Of a stretch of 32,000 nt of DNA, positions 30,554-32,000 are shown piece after piece. The position numbers and the translations under genes were made by a program. Location of the stretch: positions 1,578,394 through 1,610,393 of the forward strand of contig NZ_CP061303.1 in the NCBI RefSeq assembly GCF_018687695.1, read 5' to 3'. Below the pieces are notes generated by a model. The model made no database searches. It was given only the letters and a program-made list of their open reading frames with translations, and was not told where the DNA came from. Numbering within the stretch: position 1 is the stretch's first letter; each line of letters opens with the position of its first letter. Source of the DNA: Polynucleobacter sp. MG-6-Vaara-E2 (GTDB taxonomy: Bacteria; Pseudomonadota; Gammaproteobacteria; Burkholderiales; Burkholderiaceae).

Positions 30554-30750
30554 GTACATACGAATATGAACTAATCAAAATGGAGCCCGTATCATCAGAC
30601 ATTGATACGGTAGAAAATATCCTTAATGAAAAAGGTGGTGAGGGGTTTCGTTTTGTGGCGGTACAAAAGTTTTGGACACAAGATGACTATGGACAACCGA
30701 TTCAGAGGAATTTCTTAGTGCTTGAGAAAAAAGATGAGGAAGAACTATAA
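30550..30750 (+). CDS. Small cytoplasmic protein, 66 aa (DUF4177-like pattern)
   Basis: ATGA overlap with the preceding stop. YEYELIKME...LNEKGGEGFRFVAV resembles the DUF4177 pattern, recognised from memory only. Confidence 0.5.
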   Translation: MSTYEYELIKMEPVSSDIDTVENILNEKGGEGFRFVAVQKFWTQDDYGQPIQRNFLVLEKKDEEEL

Positions 30751-30752
30751 GA

Positions 30753-31178
30753 GTGCATAAGGAAAAGCTGATTTTTTTAGATTTTGATGGAGTTTTACAT
30801 CCAACTCACTTTGCGGGTGAATCTCCATTCTCACGCGCAGCTCTTTTAGAAGAATCTTTTAACTTGCTATCACCCAAAATTGTGATTTCATCTAGCTGGC
30901 GCTTTACACACAATCTTGAAAAACTACAAAAGACCTTACCTACTTTTATTTCATCACTCATTATTGGTGCCACTGGAGCAGCAGTAATTGGCAAACATCC
31001 ACGCTTCACGGAAATTCAGAATTACTTACAGAGTTACGGACCAGCAGATTGGAGAGCGCTTGATGATTCTTATTGGGAATTTCCAAATCCTTGTCCTAGA
31101 CTAATCCGCTGCAACCCTAATACCGGTATTACTGATAGACAAATACTGGAACTAAACCAATGGCTCATTCAGGGTTAG
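30753..31178 (+). CDS. HAD-superfamily-like small protein, 141 aa
   Basis: GTG start 2 nt after the preceding TAA. The N-terminal LIFLDFDGVLHP is the HAD motif I pattern (DxDx[TV]). Confidence 0.6.
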   Translation: MHKEKLIFLDFDGVLHPTHFAGESPFSRAALLEESFNLLSPKIVISSSWRFTHNLEKLQKTLPTFISSLIIGATGAAVIGKHPRFTEIQNYLQSYGPADWRALDDSYWEFPNPCPRLIRCNPNTGITDRQILELNQWLIQG

Positions 31179-31180
31179 GG

Positions 31181-31531
31181 CTACAAAGTCATTGGGTCTA
31201 AGTCCGGCTCTGGCTCATAGTCTTCAAACTCAAAGCGCATTTGCCCAGATAAAGGAGTTAAGCAGCGCAAGAATCGATCCGGTACTAAGCCCACCCTCTC
31301 ATGACGTAACTCCCCTTTGTTAGGCAAGTGGTAACAAATCGTATGGCCTTGAGCTAGGACTTTGACGCGCCAAACTGGAATTACTCCCCAATCAATATCT
31401 GGCCAGTGCATTAAGCCCATAGGCTCAATCACCTTCACAATGATTCCCTTATTAATTGAAAATTTACTATCAGCAATCATGGCAATGCACCCTAACTCGC
31501 AACGCAAATGAATATGCCCATTCCTAGACAT
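31181..31531 (-). CDS. Hypothetical protein (116 aa from ATG 31531), tandem paralogue of ORF 31524-31877
   Basis: The track start at 31549 is TTG. The ATG at 31529-31531 overlaps the upstream TAG by 8 nt (ATGTCTAG). It shares ...VKV(I/V)...W.V.V......Y......VPD.(F/Y)LR.LTP.SG with its neighbour. Confidence 0.6.
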   Translation of the reverse strand: MSRNGHIHLRCELGCIAMIADSKFSINKGIIVKVIEPMGLMHWPDIDWGVIPVWRVKVLAQGHTICYHLPNKGELRHERVGLVPDRFLRCLTPLSGQMRFEFEDYEPEPDLDPMTL

Positions 31532-31877
31532 TGCTTTCGCTTTCCACAAAATCTAGTTCATGAAAATTCATTTGCAGCTGCTCTGAGTCTATAAACTCAT
31601 TCATAAGGTATCCGCTAGGCGGAGTTAAGCGTCTAAGATAAGTGTCAGGAACCGGACCAGATGTAAATGGTTTAAATTCTTCGCCTTCATATTGGTAGTA
31701 CAAGAAGCTACCTTCACTGGCTACCTCTACATTCCAGGTATAGACCAGCTCTTCATGATTTGCCCATTCCTCAAATCCAACAGCTGAAACTATCTTCACG
31801 ATATTGCCTAGATTTTTTGGATAACTACAATTCACGGTAATTGCTAAGTCACCAACTGAACAATTAAGTTTTCTCAT
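31524..31877 (-). CDS. Hypothetical protein, 117 aa, tandem paralogue of ORF 31181-31531
   Basis: ORF track. The ATG overlaps the stop of an upstream partial ORF (ATGA at 31874-31877). Confidence 0.65.
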   Translation of the reverse strand: MRKLNCSVGDLAITVNCSYPKNLGNIVKIVSAVGFEEWANHEELVYTWNVEVASEGSFLYYQYEGEEFKPFTSGPVPDTYLRRLTPPSGYLMNEFIDSEQLQMNFHELDFVESESNV

Positions 31878-32000
31878 CTTCTTCCCCTATACTGCGCGCG
31901 CACCCTCTCACGCTTAACAAAAAATAGGTGCTCAACAAATGGTTTGCCACAAACCATAAAAAGACCCAATAAAAAGATGGCCATCAACTTGGGGGTGAAA
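31874..32000 (-). CDS. Possible partial CDS (N-terminus may lie off the window), hydrophobic then basic tail
   Basis: The reverse strand reads ...FTPKLMAIFLLGLFMVCGKPFVEHLFFVKRERVRAQYRGRR*, with a TGA overlapping the next ATG. It is open to the window edge. Only 42 codons are visible. Confidence 0.3.
   Translation of the reverse strand, partial: FTPKLMAIFLLGLFMVCGKPFVEHLFFVKRERVRAQYRGRR

Noticed and set aside
31939-31957. Hairpin ATGGTTTG-cca-CAAACCAT, containing an 11-nt match (TGCCACAAACC) to the recombinase site-2 region, considered as a distal att site
   Set aside because: The arm-spacer-arm geometry of the 14943/15077 sites is not reproduced here. The match lies inside a probable coding region at the window edge. 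It is noted in the recombinase finding but is not strong enough to call.
1-32000. Classical named systems (restriction-modification, CRISPR-Cas, CBASS, toxin-antitoxin pairs, retrons, BREX/DISARM)
   Set aside because: I saw none of the following in any supplied translation: DNA methyltransferase motifs (DPPY/NPPY, FxGxG), cas genes or repeats, a cyclase/CD-NTase GS...DxD pattern, or a reverse transcriptase. Absence judged by eye is not proof, so a profile search should confirm it.

Overview
This is a densely coding, AT-rich 32-kb window with about 39 credible protein-coding genes. I found no rRNA, tRNA or CRISPR array. Most products are hypothetical. All domain calls are by-eye motif recognition from the supplied translations, and no database search was run.

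The content looks like mosaic accessory or island-type DNA rather than housekeeping genome: a small FimB/FimE-sized tyrosine recombinase, a SprT-like protease, a DnaQ-like exonuclease, nuclease and helicase genes, many small acidic ORFans, and a repeated intergenic palindrome. Only the right ~4.5 kb looks more ordinary (exported transglutaminase-like protein, small secreted proteins, HAD-like protein).

Modules:
- (A) 1-4920, minus strand: a six-gene operon encoding a lipoprotein, a 2-TM protein, a soluble FtsH-like M41 protease whose AAA+ P-loop is degenerate, a 629-aa multidomain protein, its 176-aa paralogue, and a zinc-ribbon membrane protein.
- (B) 5187-9271, plus strand, divergent from A: a four-gene operon encoding a DUF2779-type Cas4-like/RNase H-like nuclease, an acidic ORFan, a 13-14-unit LRV-repeat protein, and a PD-(D/E)xK-like protein.
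- (C) 9688-14306: ORFan cluster.
- (D) 14299-15094: a short catalytic-domain-only tyrosine recombinase next to two direct copies of a core-type site that flank an intrinsic terminator.
- (E) 15104-18173: small acidic ORFans, a 713-bp ORF-poor structured spacer, and a DEDDh exonuclease.
- (F) 18175-25665, minus strand: an unknown 182-aa protein, a SprT-like Zn-protease, a 1524-aa sacsin/NO VEIN-like GHKL ATPase with a C-terminal DUF3883 nuclease-fold domain, and a NERD + SF1 helicase that is translationally coupled to it.

The best candidate for an undescribed system is the GHKL-DUF3883 / NERD-helicase pair in F. Modules A and B are runners-up. A perfect 19-21-bp palindrome (GCGTTACTTTAAGTAACGC) occurs three times in intergenic DNA.
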